64,000 nt of DNA from an uncultured delta proteobacterium (GCA_963787235.1 CAWBCG010000009.1:8426-72425); one strand, 5' to 3'; shown: positions 52,134 through 63,228, counted from the first letter of the stretch. A program made the numbers and translations. Notes: generated from the letters alone by a model not told the origin.

Positions 52134-55100
52134 TTACAGGAACAGGAGGGCTGTGCGCGAACCGGGTATTCTCACCTCGACCGAGTGTTCCTTCCGGTCG
52201 TCAATAAGGGGAATCTCCTGGTCGGGTCGCACGACCCCATCAACGGTCACACTTGCACCCCCTTTTTCTTCACGCGTTTGCAGGACCTCGATGTGGTAGA
52301 CGGTCTCCCGATAGCGGTAGTTCATTTTGAACCCCTTCCAGTCCGCAGGGAGGCACGGCGTAAAACGCAGTTTATCCACTTCACGTCTGAGACCCAGAAG
52401 CGATTCCACGATCAGCCGGTACATCCAGGCGGCCGAGCCCGTGTACCATGTCCAGCCGCCTCGGCCGGTATGCGGTGGTACGGCATAGACGTCGGCGGCA
52501 ACGACGTACGGTTCGACTTTGTAGGTGGCCGTCTCCTCGGTTGATCCGGCATGGTTTACCGGGTTGATCATATTGAAGAGCTCCCACGCGCGCCGGCTGT
52601 CGCCCAGGCGAGCGAAGGCCATTGCTGCCCAGATGGCCGCATGCGTGTACTGCCCGCCGTTTTCTCTCACGCCGGGGACGTACCCTTTTATATAGCCGGG
52701 ATTCAGCGGCGACTTGTCGAAAGGTGGATCCAGAAGCTGGATCAGGTCATGCTCGCGGCGAACGAGGCGCTCATCCACGGCTTCCATGGCCATGCGCGAC
52801 CGATCATGATCCCCCGCACCCGAAAGAACAGACCAGCTCTGTGCAATCGAATCAATCTGGCATTCGGGGTTATCTGACGATCCCAGCGGCGAGCCGTCGT
52901 CGAAATAGGCACGGCGGTACCACCCGCCGTCCCAGCCATGCTCCTCGATATTGTGACGCAGTTCGGCCGCCTCCCTGTGGCAGCGCTCGACGAAAGCGAT
53001 GTCGCCGCGTGCGCCGGCGACCTCAGCGAAGCGCATGAGCACTTCATATAGGAAAAAACCCAACCAGACGCTTTCGCCTTTGCCGTGTTCGCCGACCAGG
53101 TTCAGGCCGTCGTTCCAGTCGCCGGAGCCGATGAGCGGCAGGCCGTGTTCACCAAATTTGAGGCCGTTCAGGATGGCCCGGACACAATGATCGTAAAGAC
53201 TCGCCGCCTCTTCGGAGCGCTCGGGCAGATCATAGTAAGAGTCTTCATCCGCGTTTACCGGGCGGCCCTGGAGGAAGTGGATGGGCTCATCCAACACGCC
53301 GGTGTCACCGGTGGCGAGGACATAGCGGCACGTGGTAAGCGGCAGCCAGAGGTAATCGTCCGAACAGTGAGTGCGCACACCCCGGCCCGCTGGAGGATGC
53401 CACCAATGCTGGACATCTCCTTCCGGGAATTGACGGGCCGCGCACAGGAGCAAGTGCTCGCGCACGAGATGCGGCCTGGCGTGGATGAGCGCCATCACGT
53501 CCTGCAACTGGTCGCGGAAACCGAAGGCGCCTCCCGACTGGTAGGTTGCGCTGCGCGCCCAAAGGCGGCACGCCAGGGTCTGGTACAAGAGCCAGCCGTT
53601 GACCAGCACATTGAGGGATTGGTCGGGTGTTTCCACGTGCAGCGCGTCGAAAGTATGCGCCCAGTGCTGCCATACCGCTTCGAGTGCGCCCCGCGCAGCA
53701 GTTGAGCCTCGAAAGCGATTGACCAGATTCCCAGCGTCACCGGCATCGCGCCCGACGCCGAGCCTGAAGATGATCTCTCGCTCTTGCCCGTCAGCCAGAT
53801 CGAAGACCACCTGGATCGCGGCACAGGGATCCAGAGCGGCCCCCACCTTGCCGGAAAGACGCGTTCGCTTCATTGCAGCCGGACTTTTCAGTGTACCGTT
53901 GCGTCCGAGGAATTCCGTCCGATTGCCGGTTATGGTGCGGGTCGTATCGTCCACGTCGAAAAACGCCATCCGGTCGCGGAACTCCGTGTTATAAGGGTTC
54001 CACGCAAACAGTGCACCGCTATTCGGGTCAATTTTGGTGATAACGTGCAGGCTCGATTTCGGCCGCAGGTCGCCAAGGACCCATTCCGCATATCCGGTAG
54101 CGGAGAGTCGACGTGATCGTTTCGACTCGTTTCGCACTTTGAGCACCATGAACTTGATCGGTGCATCCAGGGCCACGTAAACCTTCAGCTCTGAGCGGAT
54201 GCCGCGTTCGGTGTGCTCGAAGACGCTGTAGCCAAAGCCGTGCCGGGTGACGTAAGGCATCGCTCCGCGGCTGGGCAGCGGTGTCGGGGACCAGAAGTGG
54301 CCGCGCTCTTCATCACGGAGATAAAACGCCTCTCCGCTTGAATCACCGACGGGATCGTTCCCCCAGGGAGTGAGACGGAACTCGTGGGCATTCTCGCTCC
54401 AGGTATAGGCAAGGCCGCTTTCTGAAATGACGGTGCCGAAGTGCGGGTTGGCCAGCACATTCACCCACGGCGCCGGCGTCACCTGCCTTTGTGCGGTGGT
54501 AATGACATACTCGCGCCCATCCGGAGTAAATCCGCCCAGCCCGTTGTAGAACATCAGATCGTGGCGAGGCAATGCGGCCACTGCCAGCGGTTTGGAGCGG
54601 TGGGTTCGGGTCGGCGAAAGGAGCGGCACTGCAGCTTCCACCAGACTGCGTCGCTTGATCTGGTCCGCCAGCGACCCCCGGCTGTCGGTGATGATGGCGC
54701 ACGCGACCGTTTGGAACAGAATGCGGTCCTCCTCCGATATCTGGTCGCCAGGTCTTAAGAAAATGCCGCCCGGCCGATCGATCACTTTGGCTTCGGTGCC
54801 GGCGGCGATGAGCCCCATGATCTGGTCGTGGAGGAGTTGCCGGTAACCGGCGTGATCTTCGTTCCAGATCACCAGGTCCACCGCCAGTCCTTTTAGGCGC
54901 CAGTAGGAATGGGCCTGCACGAGTTGGCGCACCAGGTCGATATTGGCCGGGGCTTCAATCTGCAGCAGCACAATCGGCAAATCGCCGGATATGGCGTATC
55001 CCCAGAGACCGGATTGCCCCCGGTGGTTCTTGATGAGGACGCTCGGGTCGGCTCGCAGTGAAGCATTGGCGTAGATGATCGAGCTGGCAAGACGCCCATA

Positions 55101-58100
55101 GAGTTGGGCATCGGTCTCGGAAGCATTGAACTGGCGCAGCAGCACTTGTCCATGCGTCCATGCCAGATCAAAGACGCGATCCGCGAGACGCCGATCCTGG
55201 TATTTTTCCACCAGTCGTAAGGCTGCATCGCGGGTTTCACCGATGCCGGAGACCATGTTTATCGTTGCCGATTCTTCGGGATCCAGCGTAATCCGGTAGC
55301 GGATGGCGACAATCGGATCGAGCACCGAGCCCTGGCTGCCCGAGAGCGCCCCCGTAAAAAAGCCATCAGCCCCGCTCATCGCCTGTGGATCGGCGACGGT
55401 GTTACCGCGGCCGATAAACTGCATGCGATCGGTCTCATAGGAGACGTCTCCGATCTCCGCCCCATGCACGGCCATCAGGTGCAGCATCCAGGGCGCTTGC
55501 TCGCCCTGGGAGCGGGGCCGTCGCGTGCAGAGGATCGCTCGCTGCTGGTTATGGATCTCGGTCTGCACGAAGAGATTGCTGAAGGCCGGATGCAGTGCGT
55601 CCGCGGCTTGCGGCGCCAGAACCACTTCCGCATAACTGGTAACATCGATCGCGCGGCGCGTCCGCGCGCGGTTGGTGATGCGGACGCGCCGCAGTTCGAT
55701 GTCATCCTCGGGCGAAACAGCGATCTCGGTATGGGTGTCATAGTCGTGGTTGCGACTGCGAAACTCGGCTCGCCCTTCCGAGAAGATGGCCTCAAAATGC
55801 TTCGATCGCTTGAGCGTCGGCTGATATGCGGTCGACCAGAACTCCCTGCTGGTCACGTCGCGGATGTAACAGAACGTACCCCAGTTGTCACAGGTGCGGT
55901 CTTCGCGCCAACGGGTGATGGCCAGGTCCTTCCAGCGACTGTAACCGCCGCCGGCATTGGTGATCATCACGTGGTATCTGCCGTTCGAGAGCAACTGCAC
56001 TTCCGGGTTCGGCGTGTCGGGACTGCTGAAAACACGTATCGGCGTCTCCAGAGCGCCGGAAGCCATATGGTGCTCGGAGAGCTCGGTGGTATGCGCATAG
56101 AACGCCGTCGCCTTGGGGATTCGCTCCTGGAGCAACAGCATGGTCGCCTGGAACAAGGGATCCGACTCGAAGCGCTTCTGCATCGGGCGGTCCAGGAGCA
56201 GATGGGCCAAAGACAGGAGACTCATGCCCTGGTGATGGGCCATAAAGGAGCGAACCACGGCGCTCGTTTGGCCAGGCGGCAGGCGCGAGGGCGTGTAGTC
56301 GATCGCTTCGTAGAAGCCATAACGGGTTTCAAAGCCTTCGGCAGCGAGCCGCTCGAGGTTCAGACACGCCTCCTTGGGCGCCACCATCAGCGCCAGCGCT
56401 GAAGCATAGGGCGCAATCACCAGGTCCTCGGCGAGCCCGCGTTTGAGCCCCAGACCGGGGACACCGAAAGCGCGGTATTGATAGTTGAGATGCACATCAA
56501 TGGCATTGTAACCACTTTCCGAAATGCCCCACGGCACGGCACGCTTTTTTCCATACTCGACCTGCCTGGCCACAGCCGCCTTATAGGTCTGGTCGAGCAG
56601 CGTGTCTTCGTACGCCGGCATCACCAGGAGCGGCATCAGGTATTCGAACATCGAACCGCTCCACGAAAGCAGGATCGGTTCTCCACCGGCGATAGTGAGC
56701 AGACGACCCAGGGCAAACCAGCTCTCCTGCGGTAGCTGCCCTTGCGCAATCGCTACGAAACTGGAAAACCTTGCTTCAGAAGCCAGCAGATCGTAGTAAC
56801 TCGGGTCCCGGCGTCGCTCCGCGACGTTGTAGCCGAGCGCCAGCAGATGACGCGCCTTGTCGTAGAGGAAGTCATACCCCATATCGGCCAGTTCGCCGGA
56901 TTGCCGCGCGAGGCGTTTGATGGCCGCAATCCTTTCTCTGGCGCGGCGGCTTGCTTGAGTGATGAGCCGGTGAAGCTCACCCAGCTGCTCGTTTTCCTCG
57001 GGGGTTGCTGCCGAGCCTAAACGATCCTCGATAGCCGGCAGCCACTCCCCTTTAAATCCGGATAGTTCGTTCAGTGTGGGGATCTCATCGAGGCCACCAA
57101 AGTCGTTTCGTCTGTCCGTAGAAGTCGGTGGCAGCAAGGTCCAAGGCGTGAGAAACGTCAGTTCATCGAGGGCGTCCTGGCATTGCCGGGCGAAGGCACG
57201 AGACCACCCGCTCGCCTGGCTTTCGGGGTCCGCGTCAAAACTACCCACCACCTCCACTGCAGATGTCGCCAGCCGGCCAAGGTACAGCCGTGCCGCTGCA
57301 AGCGTCGTTGGTCGGGAAACGGATGCCGAGGCCAGCTCCTTCTGGAGTTGATCGAGCTGGACCGGAGCGGCTTCTCCCGCAGCGTCCACGAGAATCCGCA
57401 TGGTGTCGCCGAGTCCGTCAAACCATCGCGCTGTTAGGATCCGATGTTCGGGAAGGGCGAGCAGACCCTGCCGCAAGGTCAACAGGTGGCCCGCGAGATT
57501 CCCGCTGTCCACCGTCGAAATATAGTTCGGTGGCAGTGGTTTCAAAGACTGGGTGTCATACCAGTTGTAGAAGTGGCCTTGGTGGCGTTCCAATTTTTGC
57601 ATCGCGCGGAACGCATTCCCCGTGCGTTCTATGAGCTGTCCGGCCGAAACATAGCCGAAGTCGTAGGCGGACAAATTCGCCAGCAGCGCAAGTCCCATGT
57701 TGGTGGGCGACGTGCGATGCGCGACCGCGCCAACAGGAGGCTCTTGATAGTTATCCGGCGGCAGCCAATTGTCTTCCGGACCGACGAAGGTCTCGAAGAA
57801 CGCCCATGTTTTCCGGGAAAGCTTCCGCAGAAAGAGGATCTGATCCACGGTTAGCTCTTCTCGCCGGCGCGCGCGGGGCCGACTGATCCACCAGGCGATG
57901 GCAGGAGAGGCAAACCAGAGGCCCAGGATGGGCCCCGCCACGGCGAGTGCGGCCGGCCTCGCAACGGTCAGATATATTCCCGCCGCAGCGGCCAGGGCGG
58001 GGGCAAACCACATTGTCCGCCAGGAGGCGGCGAGGTCTGTGCGGCTTTGGTTATCCGCGTTCGGTAGGTTCCACAACAGAAGTCGTTTGTGGGTGACCCA

Positions 58101-60884
58101 CATTCGCCAGACCGTGCGCAAAATCGCATCCAGACTGAAGAAGGCTTCATAGGGGAGACAAGTGAGCGTAAAAGCCGCTTGAACGGAGTGCTCGCCTGCC
58201 GAGCGCACCGTGACCGCAAGATGCTGCCCCAGCCGCACATCACCCGGTTTTTGAAACAGATCCAGAAGTGAGGCCATCCCGGGGGGGATCAGAATGGTTC
58301 CGATGACGGCGAGGGTCCATAGCCAGGGCGGGGACAAGACGGCCCAGCCAAGGAGAAACAACAAGGTCAACGCCGCCGGTACGAGGCTCCGACGAAGATT
58401 GTCGAAAATCTTCCAGCGGGACACCCCGGAGAGCGGATTCTTCCGGTGGTTTCCCTCGAAGTCGGGAACGCCCGGCAGCAGCCAGCGGGCAATTTGCCAA
58501 TCCCCGCGAATCCAGCGGCGCCGACGGCTTACATCCGCGCTGTAGCGGGATGGATATTCCTCGTACAGCAGCACATCGCTGAGCAGCCCCGACCGCGCGT
58601 AGCATCCCTCCAGAAGGTCATGGCTGAGGATCCGGTTCTCGGGAAAGCGTCCCTTGAGGACCCGCTCGAACGCATCGACATCATAGATCCCTTTGCCGAT
58701 GAAGGAGCCTTCACCGAAAAGGTCCTGGTAAACATCGGAGACAACCCGGGTATACGGGTCGATGCCTGGCTCACTCCCGCACAATCGCGCGTACCGCGAC
58801 CGTTTCATTCCCGACAGGCTCACGGCCACCCGGGGCTGAAGGATGCCGTACCCCTCATCGATCCGCTGCCTGTCTTCGTCGTACTGCGGCCGATTCAGCG
58901 GGTGCGCCATGGCTCCCACAAACTGCCATGCTGAATCGCGGGGAAGCTGAGTATCCGTGTCCAGGGTGATCACATACTTAACGTTTGATAACACGGCAAT
59001 ATTCCCAACGATGAGGGAGAAGCGATCTCTTGATCCGCCGCGCAGAAGCCCATTCAAATCCGCAAGCTTGCCGCGCTTGCGCTCATACCCCATCCAGATC
59101 CGGTCCCGCGGATTCCAGCGGCGCGGGCGATGAAAGAGAAAGAACGTGTCTGCTTTTGGGCCGCGGTACTTTTCGTTCAACTCTCGAATTCTCATTTGGG
59201 CCAGCCGCAACAAAGGTTCGTCCTCCGGAAGCGTTTCCTCAGGGGCGTCCCGGAAATCCGTCAGCAGACCGAAGTGCAGGTGTTCCTCTCGATTGGCCAG
59301 AAATCGAACTTCCAGCGCCTCGACCAGATCCTCGACGTTTTGCGCGCTCATGAGCATCGTCGGGATGACGGCCAGGGCGCGCGATTCCGAAGGAATTCCT
59401 TCGGAAAAGTCCATTCGCGGCAGCAAGCGCGGCGTCGCCAGTAATGTCGCCAGCCAATTCACCAGCGCCACGGCCAGATGACTTGCGCCTATCAGCAGGG
59501 GGAGACCTATCAGCGCAATCAGCCCAATCTGGTACCCCATGGCATGAATCTTCGCCAACAAACTCCCGGTGAAAATAGCCGTCATCAGCGTTATTACGCC
59601 CAGATAGAAAAGCAAAGGGAACTGACGACTTAATCGCCGAAGAGCCTCAAGGGGAGATCGGCGCACTTCCGCCATTCGTTCGAGCTGCGCCAATCCCTCG
59701 TCGATCAGGTAGAACCCGATGTGGGCCTCGCGGTCGTCGCCGCCTTTCCGATCAGCGCTCGCATGCGCCAGCTGGATTGCTTTGCGTGCCACCTCTGTCT
59801 CGGAGAAAGGACTGCTCTTCGCCGTCTTCTCCACGACGTGGCGGTAGCGATCACGGGTGGTAAAATCCATCTTGCCGTAAATGTCGCCGGGATCCTCATA
59901 CAGGGTCTGCTCGACAATGCTCATCGTCTCGACGAACTCGCGCCAGTCCATCGCGCCCAGAAAACGGAGGCTGCCGATGCTGTTGCTCATCGAGACCTGG
60001 TCAGCAGCCTGTGTCTGGTTCTCCGAGCGCACCAACTGTTCGATGGTCAGGCCGGACTCGGAAAGTCGCTGTTCAATCCAGGTGAGCGGCAAGGCCAGGG
60101 CAGGGCCTTGTCCCTGCAACCGCCGTGAAAATTCCGCGACAAAAGAACTCACCAGCAGCGGGTTCGACCGGGCCATATCCGCAATCACGAGAATCAGGCT
60201 CTTCGGGTCTTTCTCTGCAATCTCCGTCATCTGGTCCGCCCAATACTCGGCGCGGTTGCGGTCGATCCGGTCGGCAATAATCCGGGCCCCGACGCGACGC
60301 AGATTCTCGATCAGGGCCAGGCGCAGCATGATCGGTACGGCCCACAATTCGCCAAGCTTCAGGATGGTTACCGTTTGGTAGGCGGCCACGAAACTGCTGA
60401 GACTTTCCGGATCCGCCCGCCCATCGCCGTGCGAGACAATCTCCAACGCAATGTCGTACACGCGTGGGGCGCCGGCCGATGAGCCGTTCAGCAAGCGCGG
60501 CAGTTCCCGGCTGTAACCCTTGGGCAAGTGTCGCCTGGCCATTCGGATCTGTTCTTCGATCAGATAGAAGTTGTCGAGCAGCCATTCCCCGGCCGGCACA
60601 ATCCGGTGGTTGTCCTTAACGGCCGCCATCAGCAGGTTGCGGGCTTCAATCAGGACACCTTCATTCTCGGCCAATCGCGTCAGAAGCCGGTCCGAAGCAC
60701 GCCCCAAACTCAGCTTGTGCGAGGCTGCCAGCACCTTCCCGTGCTGTTTTAACTGGCCGTTGCTGAACAGTTCCGATCGCAGCGGCGGCTCGGTGCCGGT
60801 GACCTCTTTTGTCAGGCCGGTTCTGCCGAAACGCGCTTTCAAATTGAGCAGGGTACGGAGAATCCTTTTGAAACCCATCCTCAC
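52134..60884 (-). CDS. ndvB: Cyclic beta-1,2-glucan synthase (NdvB/ChvB/Cgs type: membrane GT84-like glycosyltransferase plus C-terminal GH94 phosphorylase-like domains)
   Basis: Single 2916-aa ORF. Multi-TM N-region, ITLDTDTQLPRD (DxD) and RRRWIRGDWQ motifs. The C-terminal about 1300 aa is cellobiose-phosphorylase-like (GGAFGFRDQLQD, GSGDWNDGLN, ENGGQYTHAA). Confidence 0.9.
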   Translation of the reverse strand: MRMGFKRILRTLLNLKARFGRTGLTKEVTGTEPPLRSELFSNGQLKQHGKVLAASHKLSLGRASDRLLTRLAENEGVLIEARNLLMAAVKDNHRIVPAGEWLLDNFYLIEEQIRMARRHLPKGYSRELPRLLNGSSAGAPRVYDIALEIVSHGDGRADPESLSSFVAAYQTVTILKLGELWAVPIMLRLALIENLRRVGARIIADRIDRNRAEYWADQMTEIAEKDPKSLILVIADMARSNPLLVSSFVAEFSRRLQGQGPALALPLTWIEQRLSESGLTIEQLVRSENQTQAADQVSMSNSIGSLRFLGAMDWREFVETMSIVEQTLYEDPGDIYGKMDFTTRDRYRHVVEKTAKSSPFSETEVARKAIQLAHASADRKGGDDREAHIGFYLIDEGLAQLERMAEVRRSPLEALRRLSRQFPLLFYLGVITLMTAIFTGSLLAKIHAMGYQIGLIALIGLPLLIGASHLAVALVNWLATLLATPRLLPRMDFSEGIPSESRALAVIPTMLMSAQNVEDLVEALEVRFLANREEHLHFGLLTDFRDAPEETLPEDEPLLRLAQMRIRELNEKYRGPKADTFFLFHRPRRWNPRDRIWMGYERKRGKLADLNGLLRGGSRDRFSLIVGNIAVLSNVKYVITLDTDTQLPRDSAWQFVGAMAHPLNRPQYDEDRQRIDEGYGILQPRVAVSLSGMKRSRYARLCGSEPGIDPYTRVVSDVYQDLFGEGSFIGKGIYDVDAFERVLKGRFPENRILSHDLLEGCYARSGLLSDVLLYEEYPSRYSADVSRRRRWIRGDWQIARWLLPGVPDFEGNHRKNPLSGVSRWKIFDNLRRSLVPAALTLLFLLGWAVLSPPWLWTLAVIGTILIPPGMASLLDLFQKPGDVRLGQHLAVTVRSAGEHSVQAAFTLTCLPYEAFFSLDAILRTVWRMWVTHKRLLLWNLPNADNQSRTDLAASWRTMWFAPALAAAAGIYLTVARPAALAVAGPILGLWFASPAIAWWISRPRARRREELTVDQILFLRKLSRKTWAFFETFVGPEDNWLPPDNYQEPPVGAVAHRTSPTNMGLALLANLSAYDFGYVSAGQLIERTGNAFRAMQKLERHQGHFYNWYDTQSLKPLPPNYISTVDSGNLAGHLLTLRQGLLALPEHRILTARWFDGLGDTMRILVDAAGEAAPVQLDQLQKELASASVSRPTTLAAARLYLGRLATSAVEVVGSFDADPESQASGWSRAFARQCQDALDELTFLTPWTLLPPTSTDRRNDFGGLDEIPTLNELSGFKGEWLPAIEDRLGSAATPEENEQLGELHRLITQASRRARERIAAIKRLARQSGELADMGYDFLYDKARHLLALGYNVAERRRDPSYYDLLASEARFSSFVAIAQGQLPQESWFALGRLLTIAGGEPILLSWSGSMFEYLMPLLVMPAYEDTLLDQTYKAAVARQVEYGKKRAVPWGISESGYNAIDVHLNYQYRAFGVPGLGLKRGLAEDLVIAPYASALALMVAPKEACLNLERLAAEGFETRYGFYEAIDYTPSRLPPGQTSAVVRSFMAHHQGMSLLSLAHLLLDRPMQKRFESDPLFQATMLLLQERIPKATAFYAHTTELSEHHMASGALETPIRVFSSPDTPNPEVQLLSNGRYHVMITNAGGGYSRWKDLAITRWREDRTCDNWGTFCYIRDVTSREFWSTAYQPTLKRSKHFEAIFSEGRAEFRSRNHDYDTHTEIAVSPEDDIELRRVRITNRARTRRAIDVTSYAEVVLAPQAADALHPAFSNLFVQTEIHNQQRAILCTRRPRSQGEQAPWMLHLMAVHGAEIGDVSYETDRMQFIGRGNTVADPQAMSGADGFFTGALSGSQGSVLDPIVAIRYRITLDPEESATINMVSGIGETRDAALRLVEKYQDRRLADRVFDLAWTHGQVLLRQFNASETDAQLYGRLASSIIYANASLRADPSVLIKNHRGQSGLWGYAISGDLPIVLLQIEAPANIDLVRQLVQAHSYWRLKGLAVDLVIWNEDHAGYRQLLHDQIMGLIAAGTEAKVIDRPGGIFLRPGDQISEEDRILFQTVACAIITDSRGSLADQIKRRSLVEAAVPLLSPTRTHRSKPLAVAALPRHDLMFYNGLGGFTPDGREYVITTAQRQVTPAPWVNVLANPHFGTVISESGLAYTWSENAHEFRLTPWGNDPVGDSSGEAFYLRDEERGHFWSPTPLPSRGAMPYVTRHGFGYSVFEHTERGIRSELKVYVALDAPIKFMVLKVRNESKRSRRLSATGYAEWVLGDLRPKSSLHVITKIDPNSGALFAWNPYNTEFRDRMAFFDVDDTTRTITGNRTEFLGRNGTLKSPAAMKRTRLSGKVGAALDPCAAIQVVFDLADGQEREIIFRLGVGRDAGDAGNLVNRFRGSTAARGALEAVWQHWAHTFDALHVETPDQSLNVLVNGWLLYQTLACRLWARSATYQSGGAFGFRDQLQDVMALIHARPHLVREHLLLCAARQFPEGDVQHWWHPPAGRGVRTHCSDDYLWLPLTTCRYVLATGDTGVLDEPIHFLQGRPVNADEDSYYDLPERSEEAASLYDHCVRAILNGLKFGEHGLPLIGSGDWNDGLNLVGEHGKGESVWLGFFLYEVLMRFAEVAGARGDIAFVERCHREAAELRHNIEEHGWDGGWYRRAYFDDGSPLGSSDNPECQIDSIAQSWSVLSGAGDHDRSRMAMEAVDERLVRREHDLIQLLDPPFDKSPLNPGYIKGYVPGVRENGGQYTHAAIWAAMAFARLGDSRRAWELFNMINPVNHAGSTEETATYKVEPYVVAADVYAVPPHTGRGGWTWYTGSAAWMYRLIVESLLGLRREVDKLRFTPCLPADWKGFKMNYRYRETVYHIEVLQTREEKGGASVTVDGVVRPDQEIPLIDDRKEHSVEVRIPGSRTALLFL

Positions 60885-60991
60885 TTTTTTTGTCTCCTTC
60901 TTATGACATGCCGTTCGCTGCGCACGGCTTGCGGACGTTGTCGAAAAGTATCATCACGAAAAAAACGAATTATAGAAAGTACGAAATTTAT

Positions 60992-61374
60992 TTTGTATCC
61001 TTTTCGTGATTAATCTTTCTCTTTAGGTTGAGCCGTGACCGGTCGACAGGACAAACCGATTCCGCGTGAACCATTGCGGATTGGCTGGATTATGTTGGAG
61101 AAATCGGGTCCACAGCAGTTAGGTCATCGAGGCGGCGCCAGGCTGCAAGCCCGTGCGGCCACTGTCGGCCTTTTGCATGGCGTCGAACGACATGAAATGG
61201 ATTGGATCGACTGACAGTCGATCCAAATGGTGATCCGTTATTCTCACGCTTTTACCTTTGCAGTTGCTTTGATTAAACTTGATCGAAAGAATTATCAGAC
61301 TCTTCATTTCCCAATACGAATTGCCGAATGGATTATCTCCTTTCATGTGGTGTTTGGACACCGTCAAAAATGGT
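60992..61374. repeat. 383-bp direct repeat, copy A (upstream of the glucan synthase gene)
   Basis: Aligns base for base with 62440-62822 (offset 1448 bp, no indels seen, roughly 92-95% identity by eye). Contains the 21-bp palindrome GGATCGACTGACAGTCGATCC at 61204-61224 and tracked ORF 61119..61367. Confidence 0.9.
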
Positions 61375-61442
61375 GAAAGATTTTTAATATTTGATTAGAT
61401 TCTGCCTAATTTATTTTCTGTTCCTTTTCACTCCTCACCTAT

Positions 61443-62375
61443 TCACCAAGTTGACGCCTCGATGAAACACGAACTGCCGCCACCATCATCCTGGGCGACA
61501 TTATTCATTCCGGGTGGCGTGGATTGTTCGTTTAAAAGCGTAAAAACCTGATCCGCGATGAGCTCGTGCATACTGGTGGTCGGATGCCTTTCATCCCAAA
61601 ATAAATAGCCGGCGCCGTCAAAATTGTTCGGGACTTCGGGGACTTCGAAATTCGGCGATGGATCGGTCACATTGATGAACCCGTAGGTGGCAGGATCATT
61701 TCGAACCGCCATTGTAAAAGAGAATACGTTGAATTCATACAAGCCGATCTCCGGGTGTTCAACTCTGAAATTATCCAGCATGTCCGCCAATTCGGCATTG
61801 AAATCTGTCGAAAACGCAGTTGCTTGAGAGGCTTCCGGTTTGTCCAGCATTGCGGGTATTGCTCCCAGATCGGGCAAATTCAACACCAGCAGATGCATGG
61901 CTCCGAATTGCACCAGCTCTTCCATGGCCTCGTTGATATTGGCCACCGCAGCCTGAAAATCTCCATCACCGTTGAAATAATCATTGCCGCCGATCCATAT
62001 AATGAAAAGTGCGTTGGGCGATGGCGGGGAGTCGGCGCTCGTTTTATAGGCGGTCACCTGTTGAATCAGCCCCGGGGGTACGAATCCATCGGTTTGCGCG
62101 CCGCCAAGTGCCCGGTCGGTTAACGGTGCATTCAACCGCTGCGGGTCGGCCAAATATTCGACCCAGACCGGTCCGTTGGAAAAACGGCCTTCGTAATACA
62201 ACTCCGGATCGGGTACCGGTTGGTCTTTAAAGATTACAAGATTACCGTTATCCGACAAACTATCGCCGAATACGACGATTTCATCGAATGAGGCTGCGAA
62301 TCCATTGGATGCGAAAGGGGTTAATAAAAGCAATATTAAAAACGCCTTCATTATTCTTTTGATGATTGCCTCCAT
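61443..62375 (-). CDS. Secreted GDSL/SGNH family esterase/lipase
   Basis: Signal peptide, then block [20 protein letters not shown], and a C-terminal DERHPT (catalytic D-x-x-H). Confidence 0.85.
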   Translation of the reverse strand: MEAIIKRIMKAFLILLLLTPFASNGFAASFDEIVVFGDSLSDNGNLVIFKDQPVPDPELYYEGRFSNGPVWVEYLADPQRLNAPLTDRALGGAQTDGFVPPGLIQQVTAYKTSADSPPSPNALFIIWIGGNDYFNGDGDFQAAVANINEAMEELVQFGAMHLLVLNLPDLGAIPAMLDKPEASQATAFSTDFNAELADMLDNFRVEHPEIGLYEFNVFSFTMAVRNDPATYGFINVTDPSPNFEVPEVPNNFDGAGYLFWDERHPTTSMHELIADQVFTLLNEQSTPPGMNNVAQDDGGGSSCFIEASTW

Positions 62376-62439
62376 TTTATACCTCCATTTTCAATGGCTC
62401 CATACGCGTGAACTTCGGATAGAACAACCGACTCAACAA

Positions 62440-62822
62440 TTTGTATCCTTTTCGTGATTAATCTTTTTCTTTGGGTTGAGCCGTGATCGGCCGACAGGAC
62501 AAACCGATTCCGATTGAACCATTGCTGATTGGCTGGATTGTGCTGGAGAAATCGTGTCCACAGCAGTTAGGTCATCGACGCGGCGCCAAGCTGCAAGCCC
62601 GTGCGGCCACTGTCGTCCTTTTGCATGGCGTCGAACGAAATGAAATGGATTGGATCGACTGACAGTCGATCCAACTGGTGAGCCGTGATTCTCACGCTTT
62701 TACCTTCGCAGTTGCTCTGATTAAACTTGATCGAAAGAATTATCAGACTCTTCATTTTCCAATACGAATTGCTGAATGGATTATCTCCTTTCATGTGGTA
62801 TTTGTTCACCGTCAAAAATGGT
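62440..62822. repeat. 383-bp direct repeat, copy B (upstream of the GDSL gene)
   Basis: See copy A. Palindrome at 62652-62672. Tracked ORF 62567..62815. Confidence 0.9.
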
Positions 62823-62913
62823 TATGCTTACTTCCCAACGACCTTCTTGATCTCGCCGATCTTTTTTTGAACCTTGCCGGTTCTGTTTACCTCTTTGCCT
62901 AAGGATAGCCTAT

Positions 62914-63228
62914 TTATTTCACGATCAGATCATTCTTTACGGATTTGACCCCTTTGACACTCCTTGCGATTTTATTCGCTTTGTCGAGGGCCTTTTGAGA
63001 ACCAACGAACCCGCTCAGTTGAACGGTGCCCTTGTAGGTCTCGACACCGATCTCGAATGACTTGAGAAAATCATCGGCTGCAAGCAAAGATTTGACCTTG
63101 GTCGTAATGACCGAGTCGTCAACGTATTCCCCGGTGCCTTCCTGTTTGGATGTCGATGCACAGGCCACAAATGTGGCGATGAGCATAAGAAGTAAAAAAT
63201 AGCCGAAAACCCAATTCCTCTTTTTCAT
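62914..63228 (-). CDS. BON-domain (OsmY-like) lipoprotein
   Basis: Start trimmed to MKKRNWVFGYFLLLMLIATFVAC (lipobox). BON core VETYKGTVQLSGFVGSQKALDKANKIARSVKGVKSVKNDL. Confidence 0.8.
   Translation of the reverse strand: MKKRNWVFGYFLLLMLIATFVACASTSKQEGTGEYVDDSVITTKVKSLLAADDFLKSFEIGVETYKGTVQLSGFVGSQKALDKANKIARSVKGVKSVKNDLIVK

Noticed and set aside
60969-60974. A perfect TATAAT on the minus strand, about 80 nt upstream of the glucan synthase ATG, as a sigma-70 -10 box.
   Set aside because: The -35 region at 17-18 nt spacing (TACAAA/ATACAA) is poor and the region is generally AT-rich. It is plausible but not supportable without 5'-end data.
61119-61367. The 82-aa ORFs 61119..61367 and 62567..62815 as genuine paralogous protein genes.
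   Set aside because: They use a TTG start with no clear RBS. The replacement-to-synonymous ratio between the two copies is near neutral by hand count, and no family was recognised. They are kept only as part of the repeat finding.
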